From the NCBI GenBank assembly GCA_038060535.1, contig JBBTHA010000128.1, positions 1 through 44,522 of the forward strand: DNA of 44,522 bases, written 5' to 3'. The position numbers were made by a program, and so were the translations under genes. This document shows, in pieces, positions 25,920 through 34,422 of the stretch; within the stretch, counting starts at the first letter, position 1; every line of letters starts with the position of its first letter. The notes below the pieces were generated by a model. The model was not told the origin of the DNA and searched no databases. It was given only the letters and a program-made list of their open reading frames with translations. Origin of the DNA: Elusimicrobiota bacterium. GTDB taxonomy: Bacteria; Elusimicrobiota; Elusimicrobia; UBA1565; UBA9628.

Positions 25920-26953
25920 GCGACCGAGAGCACGACCTTTCCGAATTGGCGGCGCGACTCCAGGCGCTCGTGCGCGCTGCGGGCCTCGGCCAGCGGGAAT
26001 GTCCGGTCGACGACGGGTTTGAGGCGTCCGTCTTGGACCAGCGCCCAGACGGCGCGCATCTCCGCCGCGCTTCCCATGCGGGCTCCGATGATGCGAAGCT
26101 GTCGGCTGAAGACGTAGCGCATATCGAGCTCGACGCGCGGACCGGAGGTCGAGCCGCACGTGATGAGCCGCCCCGAGGGACGCAGGCATTTCAAGGCGTC
26201 GGAGAAAACCGCCGGGCCTACGTGTTCGATGACGCAGTCCGCCATAGCGCCGTCCGTGAATTTGTAAACCGAGCGGGAAAGATCTTGCGCGGGCTGGAGA
26301 ATGACCGCGTCGGCGCCCAGCGTCCTGGCGCGCTCGAGTTTTTCCGCGTCGCTCGAGGCCGCGATCACGCGGGCGCCCAAGGCCTTGGCGATTTGGATCG
26401 CGGCCACCGAGACTCCGGCGCCGGCACCCAGGATCACGACGGTTTGGCCGTTTTTGACCTCGCCGAGGGTCGCGAGCATGCGCCAAGCGGTCAGCGAGGT
26501 CAAGGGAAGCGAGGCCGCTTCGATAAAGGACATGTGCCCGGGCACTGGCAGAAGCGAGTCCGCCGCGACGCAGATCAATTCGGCGTAGCCGCCTTGGCTG
26601 CCCCCATACGCTCCGAGAATGCCGTAATCGGAGCAGTCGGACTCGCGTCCGTCGAGGCAGGCGGGGCAGGAGCGACAGCAAAGACCCGGATGGATCGCGA
26701 CGCGGGCGCCGACGGACTGCGACGGCACGCCCGGCCCCAACGCGGCGACCGTGCCGGCGATATCGGATCCCAGCACATGGGGAAGCTTGACCTTGGACCC
26801 CGCAAGCCCTCCTCGTATCCAAAGGTCGAGGTGGTTCAGCGCGCAGGCGCGCACGCGGACCAGCGCTTCGCCCGGGCCCGGCACCGGGTCGGCCCTATCG
26901 GCCGTGTGGAGGTTCTCCGCCCCACCGAATGCCTTTAAAACAACGGCTTTCAT
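25916..26953 (-). CDS. zinc-type alcohol dehydrogenase / quinone oxidoreductase (MDR superfamily)
   Basis: 345-aa ORF. MKAVVLKAFGG...GEALVRVRACALNHLDLWIRGG...GSDIAGTV, with the Rossmann motif ILGAGAGVSVAAIQIAK. Confidence 0.85.
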   Translation of the reverse strand: MKAVVLKAFGGAENLHTADRADPVPGPGEALVRVRACALNHLDLWIRGGLAGSKVKLPHVLGSDIAGTVAALGPGVPSQSVGARVAIHPGLCCRSCPACLDGRESDCSDYGILGAYGGSQGGYAELICVAADSLLPVPGHMSFIEAASLPLTSLTAWRMLATLGEVKNGQTVVILGAGAGVSVAAIQIAKALGARVIAASSDAEKLERARTLGADAVILQPAQDLSRSVYKFTDGAMADCVIEHVGPAVFSDALKCLRPSGRLITCGSTSGPRVELDMRYVFSRQLRIIGARMGSAAEMRAVWALVQDGRLKPVVDRTFPLAEARSAHERLESRRQFGKVVLSVA

Positions 26954-26970
26954 GCCGCCATTCTACGATA

Positions 26971-28533
26971 TCAAGGTTTCTTGAGGGAGCCCTTGAAGGC
27001 CGAGGAGAGCATCGAGACCATGCCGTCTTTTTGCTTAAGCGCGTCAAGCAGGCGCTGGCGCTCGCGCTCCCAGTCGGCAAAGCGCGCCACGACCGCGTCC
27101 CGCTCCTGGAATGACCGTGTCATTTGATCGGACATCAAGGCGATCTTGGCGCGCAGGTCGGCGGTGGTTTCGGCCGCCGCGCCGGCTCGGGCGGTCTCCT
27201 CTTCCACTTTACGCTGAAGTTCCAAGGTTCGTTGATGCCAGCGCTCATCGGAGGCGGTTCTCTCGGCCAGGGCGGACCGGTATTTCTCCGATTCGGTGAC
27301 CAAAGCCCGGACGAGTTCATCGCGCTCGGCGCCGAGGGAAACGACGCGCGCGTCGCGCTCGGCTTGGGTGCGTTCGAAGTCGGCGATTCGGGCCGATAGG
27401 GTGTGAGAAAGGCTCTTGAACTCGTCGGTCTGCTCGGCGGCGGCGCGCGTCTTTCCGCGCTCTCGCTCGAGATCCGCGGCCAGTTTGAGCAGGCTCTCGC
27501 CCATCGTCATTTCGATCTGACGCCGTTCCTCGAGAGTGGAGCGCAGCTGCTCATGACGGTCCCGCATCGAGCGCATCAAGTCGGCCTTTTCCTGCTCGAG
27601 TTCTACGATGATCTCATCTTTGGCTTTCGGCGCCGCGCTCAGGGTGCGCGCGAGCCTCTCGAGTTGTTCCCTGATCGCCTCCATCGAGGCGGCGGCCGGA
27701 GATCGTTCGTAAGAGGAGTTCTCCAGGCGTTTGTTGAGTTCGGCGAGCTGGTTCGAGACCTCGACTTCCCGGGAGATGCGTTCCTTTAAAAATTCTTGGC
27801 GCAGGGCCTGGCCTTGTTCCTCCCAAAGTCGGGCCAAGGCCGTGCGCTCCTCGCTTAAAGTCCGCAGGCGATCGTCCTGCGCTCGGCGCTCGATGTCGTG
27901 GCGCCTTTCCCAATCCGACACGGCGGTTTGAAGTTTGGCGTTGAATTCGTCGAAGCGCCGGGTGAGCGCCCCCTCGATGAGTCGCTCCTCGTCCGAAGTG
28001 CGCGCAGACAGCGCGCGCAACTCGGGAAGGACGGACGGCAGTTCCTTCATGTCGTCGCGCCAGCGGGCCACCTGTTCGGCCACATCCTTGATGGTGCGTC
28101 GAAAGACGCTGAGCTCCGCGCCGAGGGATTCCATGGGCACCAGCGTTGCGGAGGGCTGGCGGGAGACGGCCTCTTTGAGAAGCTGGGCGAAGGTGGAGTT
28201 CATTTCATCGAGGCGCAGTTCGAGGGCTTCCACGCGGCCCTGCGCCCGGGATTTTTCCTCCGCCCCATCCTTTTCGGCTTTTTCGCGGCGCAGCTGTTCG
28301 CTCATCGCCTTGAGATGGTTTTCGACCTCGGACTTGAGGACCACCTGAGCTTGGAGTTGGGCCTGGGTCGAGTTGGCCCGCTCGCGCTCGAGCACAAGCT
28401 CCTTCTCCAGAGCCTCGAGGCGCCGCTGAAAAAAATCCATCATCGAATTCGCAGGTTGCCGCGCCGGGGTCTCGATAAGCTCCGGACGCGGAGGCGACGG
28501 GGGAACGGGAGGTTTGGGTTCGAGAGGGTCCAC
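26971..28533 (-). CDS. long coiled-coil protein, function unknown
   Basis: 520-aa ORF. GTG start with AGGAGG (28543-28538) 4 nt upstream. Pro-rich N-terminus, then about 470 aa of E/R/L/A/Q heptad-like sequence with no TM helix. Confidence 0.7.
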   Translation of the reverse strand: MDPLEPKPPVPPSPPRPELIETPARQPANSMMDFFQRRLEALEKELVLERERANSTQAQLQAQVVLKSEVENHLKAMSEQLRREKAEKDGAEEKSRAQGRVEALELRLDEMNSTFAQLLKEAVSRQPSATLVPMESLGAELSVFRRTIKDVAEQVARWRDDMKELPSVLPELRALSARTSDEERLIEGALTRRFDEFNAKLQTAVSDWERRHDIERRAQDDRLRTLSEERTALARLWEEQGQALRQEFLKERISREVEVSNQLAELNKRLENSSYERSPAAASMEAIREQLERLARTLSAAPKAKDEIIVELEQEKADLMRSMRDRHEQLRSTLEERRQIEMTMGESLLKLAADLERERGKTRAAAEQTDEFKSLSHTLSARIADFERTQAERDARVVSLGAERDELVRALVTESEKYRSALAERTASDERWHQRTLELQRKVEEETARAGAAAETTADLRAKIALMSDQMTRSFQERDAVVARFADWERERQRLLDALKQKDGMVSMLSSAFKGSLKKP

Positions 28534-28534
28534 G

Positions 28535-29515
28535 CTACCTCCTGCTCGACCGTATCGAATTCAGTTCGGGGAGGTTGAAGCTCAGGGAGATTCGGTGGAT
28601 CGCCGCGCCCAGTTCTCCGGAGGGCGCGAAGGCGTAGTCGAAGCTGAGGTTGAACGCCGTAACCCCGAAGCCCATGCTCAACGCCGACGACGGCCCCAAA
28701 GACTGGTAGGTCAGGCTGTTGAAGCCGGCGCGCGCCGAAGTTTGAATGTCTTCGTCAATGGTGAGGGTATACTCGGCTCCGGCGGCGCCGTGCAGGGCGT
28801 TGCTGAACGGGGCGATGCCTTCGATGGTGAGGAGAAGGGGCTTGATCGGGCGGATGCCCGCGCCCACGCGCACGCGCGTCGGCAGCGAGTCGCGGACCTT
28901 GTCGAACTTTTGACCCGAGCCGATGTTTTGAACCGTCACTCCCATGTCATAGATGAACCTTCGTTCGATGCGCGAGAGCAGCCCGATGTCGCCGGCGACC
29001 GCCGAGGCTCGAGCGCCGATATCCGTCTGCAGGTATTTTATGTTGGCTCCGAGGGAGAATTCGGACCCGGTCTCGGAGAGGTCGGGGACATGTTGTCCCC
29101 AAGCGAGCTCGGCGACGTAGGCGCGCGGGTGAAAATCCCCGCGAGGCAGGCCGTTGACGTCGGTTTCGGGTATGGAGCCCATGTCGAGGTAGCGCAGGCC
29201 GGCGGCGACGACGGAGTCGTGGTTCATGCGCAGGGCGGCGGCGGCGGCGTTGTAGGTGATGTCGGCCAGATAAGGGGCGTGCAGGACGGTCGCCGATACG
29301 GAGCGTACGCGGGTCAGTCCGGCCGGGTTCCAGTAAATCGAGGAGGCGTCGTCGCTGGCGGTGACGTAGGCGCCGGCCATGGCGATGCCGCGCGCGCTCG
29401 TGTCGAAGGTCAAGAATTGCGAGCCCGACGTTCCGGCCGCCCCTCGGCTGAAATCGCCGGCGCGCCCCTCGAGGGCGGCCAGCAAGGCGATGACGGCGAG
29501 GAGAATGGTTCTCAT
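28535..29515 (-). CDS. PorV/PorQ-like outer-membrane beta-barrel protein
   Basis: 326-aa ORF. Signal peptide, then GTSGSQFLTFDTSARGIAMAGAYVTASDDASSIYWNPAGL (the PorV/PorQ N-terminal signature), alternating beta-strand pattern, and a C-terminal aromatic-rich end. ATGA overlap with the Kelch gene. Confidence 0.75.
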   Translation of the reverse strand: MRTILLAVIALLAALEGRAGDFSRGAAGTSGSQFLTFDTSARGIAMAGAYVTASDDASSIYWNPAGLTRVRSVSATVLHAPYLADITYNAAAAALRMNHDSVVAAGLRYLDMGSIPETDVNGLPRGDFHPRAYVAELAWGQHVPDLSETGSEFSLGANIKYLQTDIGARASAVAGDIGLLSRIERRFIYDMGVTVQNIGSGQKFDKVRDSLPTRVRVGAGIRPIKPLLLTIEGIAPFSNALHGAAGAEYTLTIDEDIQTSARAGFNSLTYQSLGPSSALSMGFGVTAFNLSFDYAFAPSGELGAAIHRISLSFNLPELNSIRSSRR

Positions 29516-32500
29516 CGAATCAAAGACAGCTTAAGAATCTTCTTCGAGCCGTTGGACTCGATCATCACGAGGTATAGGCCGCTGGCCACGGGACGCCCGG
29601 CGCCGTTGGTGCCGCTCCAAGTGAGCACGCCGGCGCCGTTGGCGATTTGATCGAGGACCAATTCACGGTTGAGCGTGAATATCCGTACCCTGGATCCTCC
29701 AGGGATATTGTCAAGCGTCACGTACCCGTCGCGCGCGGTGCGATAGGGGTTGGGGAATAGGCGGGCGCCATCCACTGAGGCCGCCAGGGGAACCTGTCCG
29801 ACTTGAAACAGCGAAAAGTGGTTGATGCGGGCCGTCATCTGCCCCACGGTGGAGTCCACGGTCGTTTCCAAGGGTATGCAGGTGCCGCTGGCCGGGTCAT
29901 AGCGCAGCAGGAGGGCGCGGCTGGCGGGGATGGTTCCCAGTTCCGATGCGTTGTAGCTGAAGGTGAAGTAGAGGCTGCCGTTGGGTTGGAAAGCGGGATT
30001 GGCTGTGATCGAGAAGGCGATGTTGGTGGCGTTGGGGCACAGCGTTCCCGTGGGAACGTAGGAGGAAACGGTGATCGTTACGGGGCTGGGGAAGACATAA
30101 GCGGGAGCGCGAAGCAAGACGAGGCGGCCGTTGCCTAAGGTCCCGTAGACTTGCGAGTCGACGTGTGCCTCCAGCAGAGCGGCGATGGAACCGGGCGGCG
30201 CGCCGCCGTTGGGAGTGTGGGTCGAGACGACGTTGGAAAACGAGATGAATTGTCCGCCGGTATCGAAAGCTCGGACGCGGAAGTAGTACGTGGTGTTGCC
30301 CGCCAGGCCGCCGATGTTTACGACGTTGTTGGTGAGGGCGTAGCTGAGGGGAATGGGAGTTGAAAACGAGGTGACGAACTCGTCGCTCGATTGCAGGACC
30401 TCGTACACGGTTCCCACCGGCATGGTGCTGGCGGCCCAATACAGGAGGGCGCCCGAGGCGGTCACCGAAGCGATGGTCAGACTGAACGGGGAATTCGAGA
30501 GGCTGATGTTGCCCGAGGTCGAGGTGTAGTACGTGGCTGAAGCGGCCAAAGGGCCGTCGCCGCTGAGCGTGAAGCCCGCCACCAGAATCGAGGCCGTCGC
30601 GCTGGGGCCGAGGTTCGTCTGGTAAAAGGTCGGTGTGGCCGTCGGCGCGATCGTGCTGAGGAAGACCCCGGTGGTTGCGTTATAGACGTTGTAGCCGTCG
30701 ACGCCGGCCAACGGACTCCACGTCCAGGTGATCGATGAGACGCCCTGCATCGTGCTGGTGATGTCGGTGGGCGCGCTCGCAGGCTTGGCTGGGCCGACTT
30801 GGACGAGTTTGCCGTCGGAATAGACTCCGTTGGCGCCGACGCGAAGGGCGTACCAACCGTAGGGCATGAGGCTTGCCGTGGCGGGCAAGGCGACGGTAAA
30901 CGAGGTGTTGAGCGTCGCGAAATTCGAGGAATTGCGGTAAATCTCGGTGGTCAAGTCGACGACGAAACCGCCGTTGGATTGGGAGGCCGTGCCCCCCGAA
31001 CCGTCCACTTGCTGCAGGATAAGACGTGGCAGGGAGAAGGACGAATCCGCCGAGGCGGCTCCGCCCCCGGAGGCGTCCGTTTCCCCGCGAAAGCGGGTGC
31101 CAATGACGGTCAGGTTATTGCCGGGCAAAAACGGCGATTGGGTTGTCAACGTGATGCTGGATTGCCGCAGGCTGGGCGGTGCGTCTTTCGAGTGTGAATC
31201 CGGGGTGGACATGAAATAACCGCCTTCGGCGGGACCCCAGAAGGAGGTCCCTGGACCGCCGATGGCCCCGTTGCTTCCTCCGATCGCGTACACCTTGTTG
31301 TTGAGGGCGAGCGTCTGCGTGTGGAAGGTTCTTGGACCGGCGGAATAGATGAGCCCTGAGACGCTGGCGCTCCATGAACTCGCGTTGAGATGGAATATCT
31401 CAATGGCGCTGGGCGTGCCCAGACGATGAGAGCCGCCCGACATCATGATGTTGCCGTTGGGCAGCAGCGTGGCGTTATGATTGAAGCGCGGCTCGAGGAT
31501 CGGGAACGTGGCCGTGGCCGTCCACGTGTTGGTCAGAGGGCTGTATATGTAGGATGCGTTGACTTCGCCTAGGCCGTTATTGCCCCCCGCGACGAGGACC
31601 CGGCCGTCGAACATCAGCGTCGCCGTCAGGGAGCGCAGACGCTCGGGCATGACCGCGACTGAGGCGCAATCCCAGGTGTTCAAGGTCGGGTCGTACAGGG
31701 CGGAGGTGTCGAGCACCCCGCCCGAATTGACCCCGCCGATCAGCATGATGTTCCCGTTTTTGAGCTGCACCGCGACGTGCAGGGCGCGCTCGCAATTGGC
31801 CGGCATGGTCGCGGCCGCAATCCAGCGGTTTTGGGTGGAAATGAAGAGTTCCGAGGAGCCCGTGATCACGTCATTGGGTCCGAACCCTCCCGCCACGAAG
31901 ACCTGGCCGTAAGGCAGAAGAACCGCGGTGTGGTTGCTTCTGGAACTGATCATCGGCGTCGTTTCGATGAAGAGCTGGGATTCTGGGTAGTAGATTTCGC
32001 TCGAGTTCGTCGAGCCGGTGCTGACGTCGTTGGTGGTAAATCCCCCGGCGACCAAAACGCGGCCGTTGGGCAGCAGCGTGGCGGTGTGAAGGTCCCGGAC
32101 GGCGCGCATGGCCCCCACCGGTGAGAATGTTTCCGTGGCGGGGTCGAAGAGTTCGGCGCTGCGCAGGACGCTGGGGCCGTTGGTTCCCCCCGCCGCCAGG
32201 ATTTTTCCGTCGGGCAGCAGGGTCGAGGTGTGGAACGCCCTGACCGTCGTCAGGGCGTTGGCGCTGGCAGCGAGGTTGACCTCACCCGACAGAGTCCCGA
32301 TTTCCATGCTGGAGCTGACTTGAGACGCGCAGGTGGCGCCGGAGCAGGTGCGGCCTCCGTATTGAACCACGTCATTGTTCGCCAAGAGCGTGGCGGTGTG
32401 TCCGAAGCGGTTTAAGGTCGGAGAAGGCAGCGAGATGCTGTTGGGAAGATCGAAAAGCCACTCGTTGGCCGCGGGATCGAAGTACTCCCCATCGGCGAAG

Positions 32501-34323
32501 AGCATTTTGCGGATAACGACCGTGCCGACGTCGATCGTGAAGGCTTGGTCCTTGAGATCGACGCCGTTGGCGACGTAACTCATGTTGAGCGAAAGCGTCA
32601 GCGGTACGCTGGCGCCGGGAATCGGAATGGTGCGGGGAGATGAGACGCTGTAGCCCGGACTTCCCGCCCACAGTATTTTTCCGGTCAGATTCGTGAAGGT
32701 GACGTTGCTGAATGTGGCCAGTCCGCCGGAGTTGTCGCCGTTGGCCGAGACCGCGGCGCTGCCGGTGAAGGTGAATCCCCCGCCGTTGAGCGTGACGCTG
32801 AAGGAATCGACTTGGATGAAATTGCCTTCGACGATGGTTACCGTGGCGTTGGTGATGCTGAAGCCGATCAACTCCTTGCCCACCGGCATCGTGATGGACG
32901 TTGTGAGAGATGAGTTGGCTTCCAAATCCCCCTCGCCGGCGGTGAGGGGGCTTGAGGCGGGAAAACGCAGGGTGCCTCCGGAAACGACGCTGCCGTCCGT
33001 GGGACTGACTTGGAGGAGGTCATAGTAGACGACCTGTCCCGAGAGGTTTTGCAGGGAGAGAGTGTTCTTGATGTTCCCGCAGTTGCCCTGGCGGGCTAGA
33101 AGTTCGCGGCAGCCCGAGTATTCGCCCGCCAGATTCATGCTCACGCCTTGGGAGGGATTGGAGGGATTGGTGGGTCTGAAGTAGACGGCGCCGGTGGGAA
33201 ACTTTACGGCCGGCGACGACAGCCAGACTTCGCCGTTTGAAATTTGGCCGATCACCGGTTTGCTGAGGAGAAAATCCATTTTCGTCGAAACGGCCCCGCC
33301 CGTGATCGTCATTGTTGATGAGCCGTTGTAGGTTCCCGTGAGGGTGCTTCCCGGCTCCAGGGTCATGCTCGGGGTGATGTAGGTGGTCGTGATATTCCCC
33401 AAGCCCCCGGTGACCATCACGTAGCCTTCCGCCTTGAGCACGCCGGCCTGGGCCTGGCGGCGCGCGGCCATGGAGGCCGCGGGCGTGGCTGTGTTGGACA
33501 AGGGATCGTAAATTTCGGCCGTTTGGAGCGTGCCGAGGTTGCCCAGGAATTCGCTCGCGTTGTAGCCGCCGACAAGAAGAACCTTGCCGTTGCCCATCAA
33601 AGTTGCGGTGTGGTGGGCGCGCGCCTCGATGAGAGGAGAGGCGGATTGAAAGGCGTTAAAAAGCGGGTCGTAGCGTTCGGTGGTCGATAGGTAGCGGGGA
33701 GTCACCGCCGGATTCACGCCGCCGGCGAACCACACTTTTCCGTCCTTGAGCCGGACAGCGGTGTGATTGTATCGGCCTTGCTGGAGACTTGCGGCCGCGC
33801 TGAAGGAGCCGGCGGTGCAGCTCGTGGGGGTATAGAGTTCGCACGAGGACAGCGCGGTGCCCGCGCCGTTTTGGCCTCCGCAAATCAGCACCGAACCGTT
33901 TGTGAGCAAAGTGGCGGTGTGGTTGTAGCGCGCGGTGATGAGGACGGCGGTGTTGGTCCATTGGCCGGTGAGCGGGTTGTAGACTTCGGCTGCGGCCGTC
34001 GCAGCGGGTGCCGCGTTGTTGGTGTTGCCTCCGGCGGCGAGCACGCAGCCATTGAGCAGCAACGTTGCGGTGTGCGAGGCCCGGGCGACGGTCATCGCGC
34101 CGGCTGTGACGGCGCGATCGGGCGAAGCCGCGAAGAGATCCACGCTGCTGAGGGTGGTTCCGACGGCGTTGACGCCGCCCGCGATCAGCAGATCGTCGTT
34201 GGCCAGGAGCGTCGCGGTGTGCGCGCAGCGGGCGGTGACGGCATAGGCCGCGCGGGCGCCGAGGGAAGCGCACAGAGCCGCGCAGGCGAACCGTATCAGA
34301 TATCGGTTTTTGGTCCGGCTCAT
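29512..34323 (-). CDS. giant secreted Kelch-repeat protein (6 + 8 blades) with Ig/FN3-like modules and T9SS-type C-terminal sorting domain
   Basis: 1603-aa ORF. Signal peptide. 14 occurrences of the blade motif HTATLL.NG.VL..GG in two blocks. FN3-like ITWTWSP...GYNVYN and TTYYFRVRAFD. Terminal LFPNPYRT...VRIFTLNRELV...WSGTNGAGRPVASGLYLVMIESNGSKKILKLSLIR resembles the Por secretion tail / FlgD-Ig-like CTD. Confidence 0.8.
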   Translation of the reverse strand: MSRTKNRYLIRFACAALCASLGARAAYAVTARCAHTATLLANDDLLIAGGVNAVGTTLSSVDLFAASPDRAVTAGAMTVARASHTATLLLNGCVLAAGGNTNNAAPAATAAAEVYNPLTGQWTNTAVLITARYNHTATLLTNGSVLICGGQNGAGTALSSCELYTPTSCTAGSFSAAASLQQGRYNHTAVRLKDGKVWFAGGVNPAVTPRYLSTTERYDPLFNAFQSASPLIEARAHHTATLMGNGKVLLVGGYNASEFLGNLGTLQTAEIYDPLSNTATPAASMAARRQAQAGVLKAEGYVMVTGGLGNITTTYITPSMTLEPGSTLTGTYNGSSTMTITGGAVSTKMDFLLSKPVIGQISNGEVWLSSPAVKFPTGAVYFRPTNPSNPSQGVSMNLAGEYSGCRELLARQGNCGNIKNTLSLQNLSGQVVYYDLLQVSPTDGSVVSGGTLRFPASSPLTAGEGDLEANSSLTTSITMPVGKELIGFSITNATVTIVEGNFIQVDSFSVTLNGGGFTFTGSAAVSANGDNSGGLATFSNVTFTNLTGKILWAGSPGYSVSSPRTIPIPGASVPLTLSLNMSYVANGVDLKDQAFTIDVGTVVIRKMLFADGEYFDPAANEWLFDLPNSISLPSPTLNRFGHTATLLANNDVVQYGGRTCSGATCASQVSSSMEIGTLSGEVNLAASANALTTVRAFHTSTLLPDGKILAAGGTNGPSVLRSAELFDPATETFSPVGAMRAVRDLHTATLLPNGRVLVAGGFTTNDVSTGSTNSSEIYYPESQLFIETTPMISSRSNHTAVLLPYGQVFVAGGFGPNDVITGSSELFISTQNRWIAAATMPANCERALHVAVQLKNGNIMLIGGVNSGGVLDTSALYDPTLNTWDCASVAVMPERLRSLTATLMFDGRVLVAGGNNGLGEVNASYIYSPLTNTWTATATFPILEPRFNHNATLLPNGNIMMSGGSHRLGTPSAIEIFHLNASSWSASVSGLIYSAGPRTFHTQTLALNNKVYAIGGSNGAIGGPGTSFWGPAEGGYFMSTPDSHSKDAPPSLRQSSITLTTQSPFLPGNNLTVIGTRFRGETDASGGGAASADSSFSLPRLILQQVDGSGGTASQSNGGFVVDLTTEIYRNSSNFATLNTSFTVALPATASLMPYGWYALRVGANGVYSDGKLVQVGPAKPASAPTDITSTMQGVSSITWTWSPLAGVDGYNVYNATTGVFLSTIAPTATPTFYQTNLGPSATASILVAGFTLSGDGPLAASATYYTSTSGNISLSNSPFSLTIASVTASGALLYWAASTMPVGTVYEVLQSSDEFVTSFSTPIPLSYALTNNVVNIGGLAGNTTYYFRVRAFDTGGQFISFSNVVSTHTPNGGAPPGSIAALLEAHVDSQVYGTLGNGRLVLLRAPAYVFPSPVTITVSSYVPTGTLCPNATNIAFSITANPAFQPNGSLYFTFSYNASELGTIPASRALLLRYDPASGTCIPLETTVDSTVGQMTARINHFSLFQVGQVPLAASVDGARLFPNPYRTARDGYVTLDNIPGGSRVRIFTLNRELVLDQIANGAGVLTWSGTNGAGRPVASGLYLVMIESNGSKKILKLSLIR

Positions 34324-34367
34324 TGAAATCGCGTCAGGCCCGTAAGGTCAAAGCCCGCGTTGGGGAG

Positions 34368-34396
34368 AGTGTAACGAGGCTCTGTTACAAAATCAA
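34368..34396 (-). promoter_or_regulatory. candidate promoter of the Kelch-PorV string, with an inverted repeat in the spacer
   Basis: Minus strand TTGATT (34396-34391), 17 nt, TACACT (34373-34368). TGTAAC-N8-GTTACA (34370-34389) overlaps the -10 and the spacer. Confidence 0.5.
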
Positions 34397-34422
34397 GACA
34401 GAACGGCGTTGATGATTCGGCA

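Noticed and set aside
25920-26822. N-terminal 301-aa extension of the 840-aa ORF containing the GT39 domain
   Set aside because: The extension is Arg-rich nonsense that overlaps the oxidoreductase gene out of frame. The GT39 family N-terminus begins at MNPPGRQQ, whose ATG forms an ATGA overlap with the oxidoreductase stop.
29512-34323. The recurrent N-H-T tripeptides in the Kelch blades as N-glycosylation sequons served by the downstream GT39 enzyme
   Set aside because: The tripeptide is part of the conserved blade motif itself (xNHTATLL), which explains its recurrence. GT39 enzymes are not N-oligosaccharyltransferases. Only the weaker general idea of cargo modification is kept in the findings.
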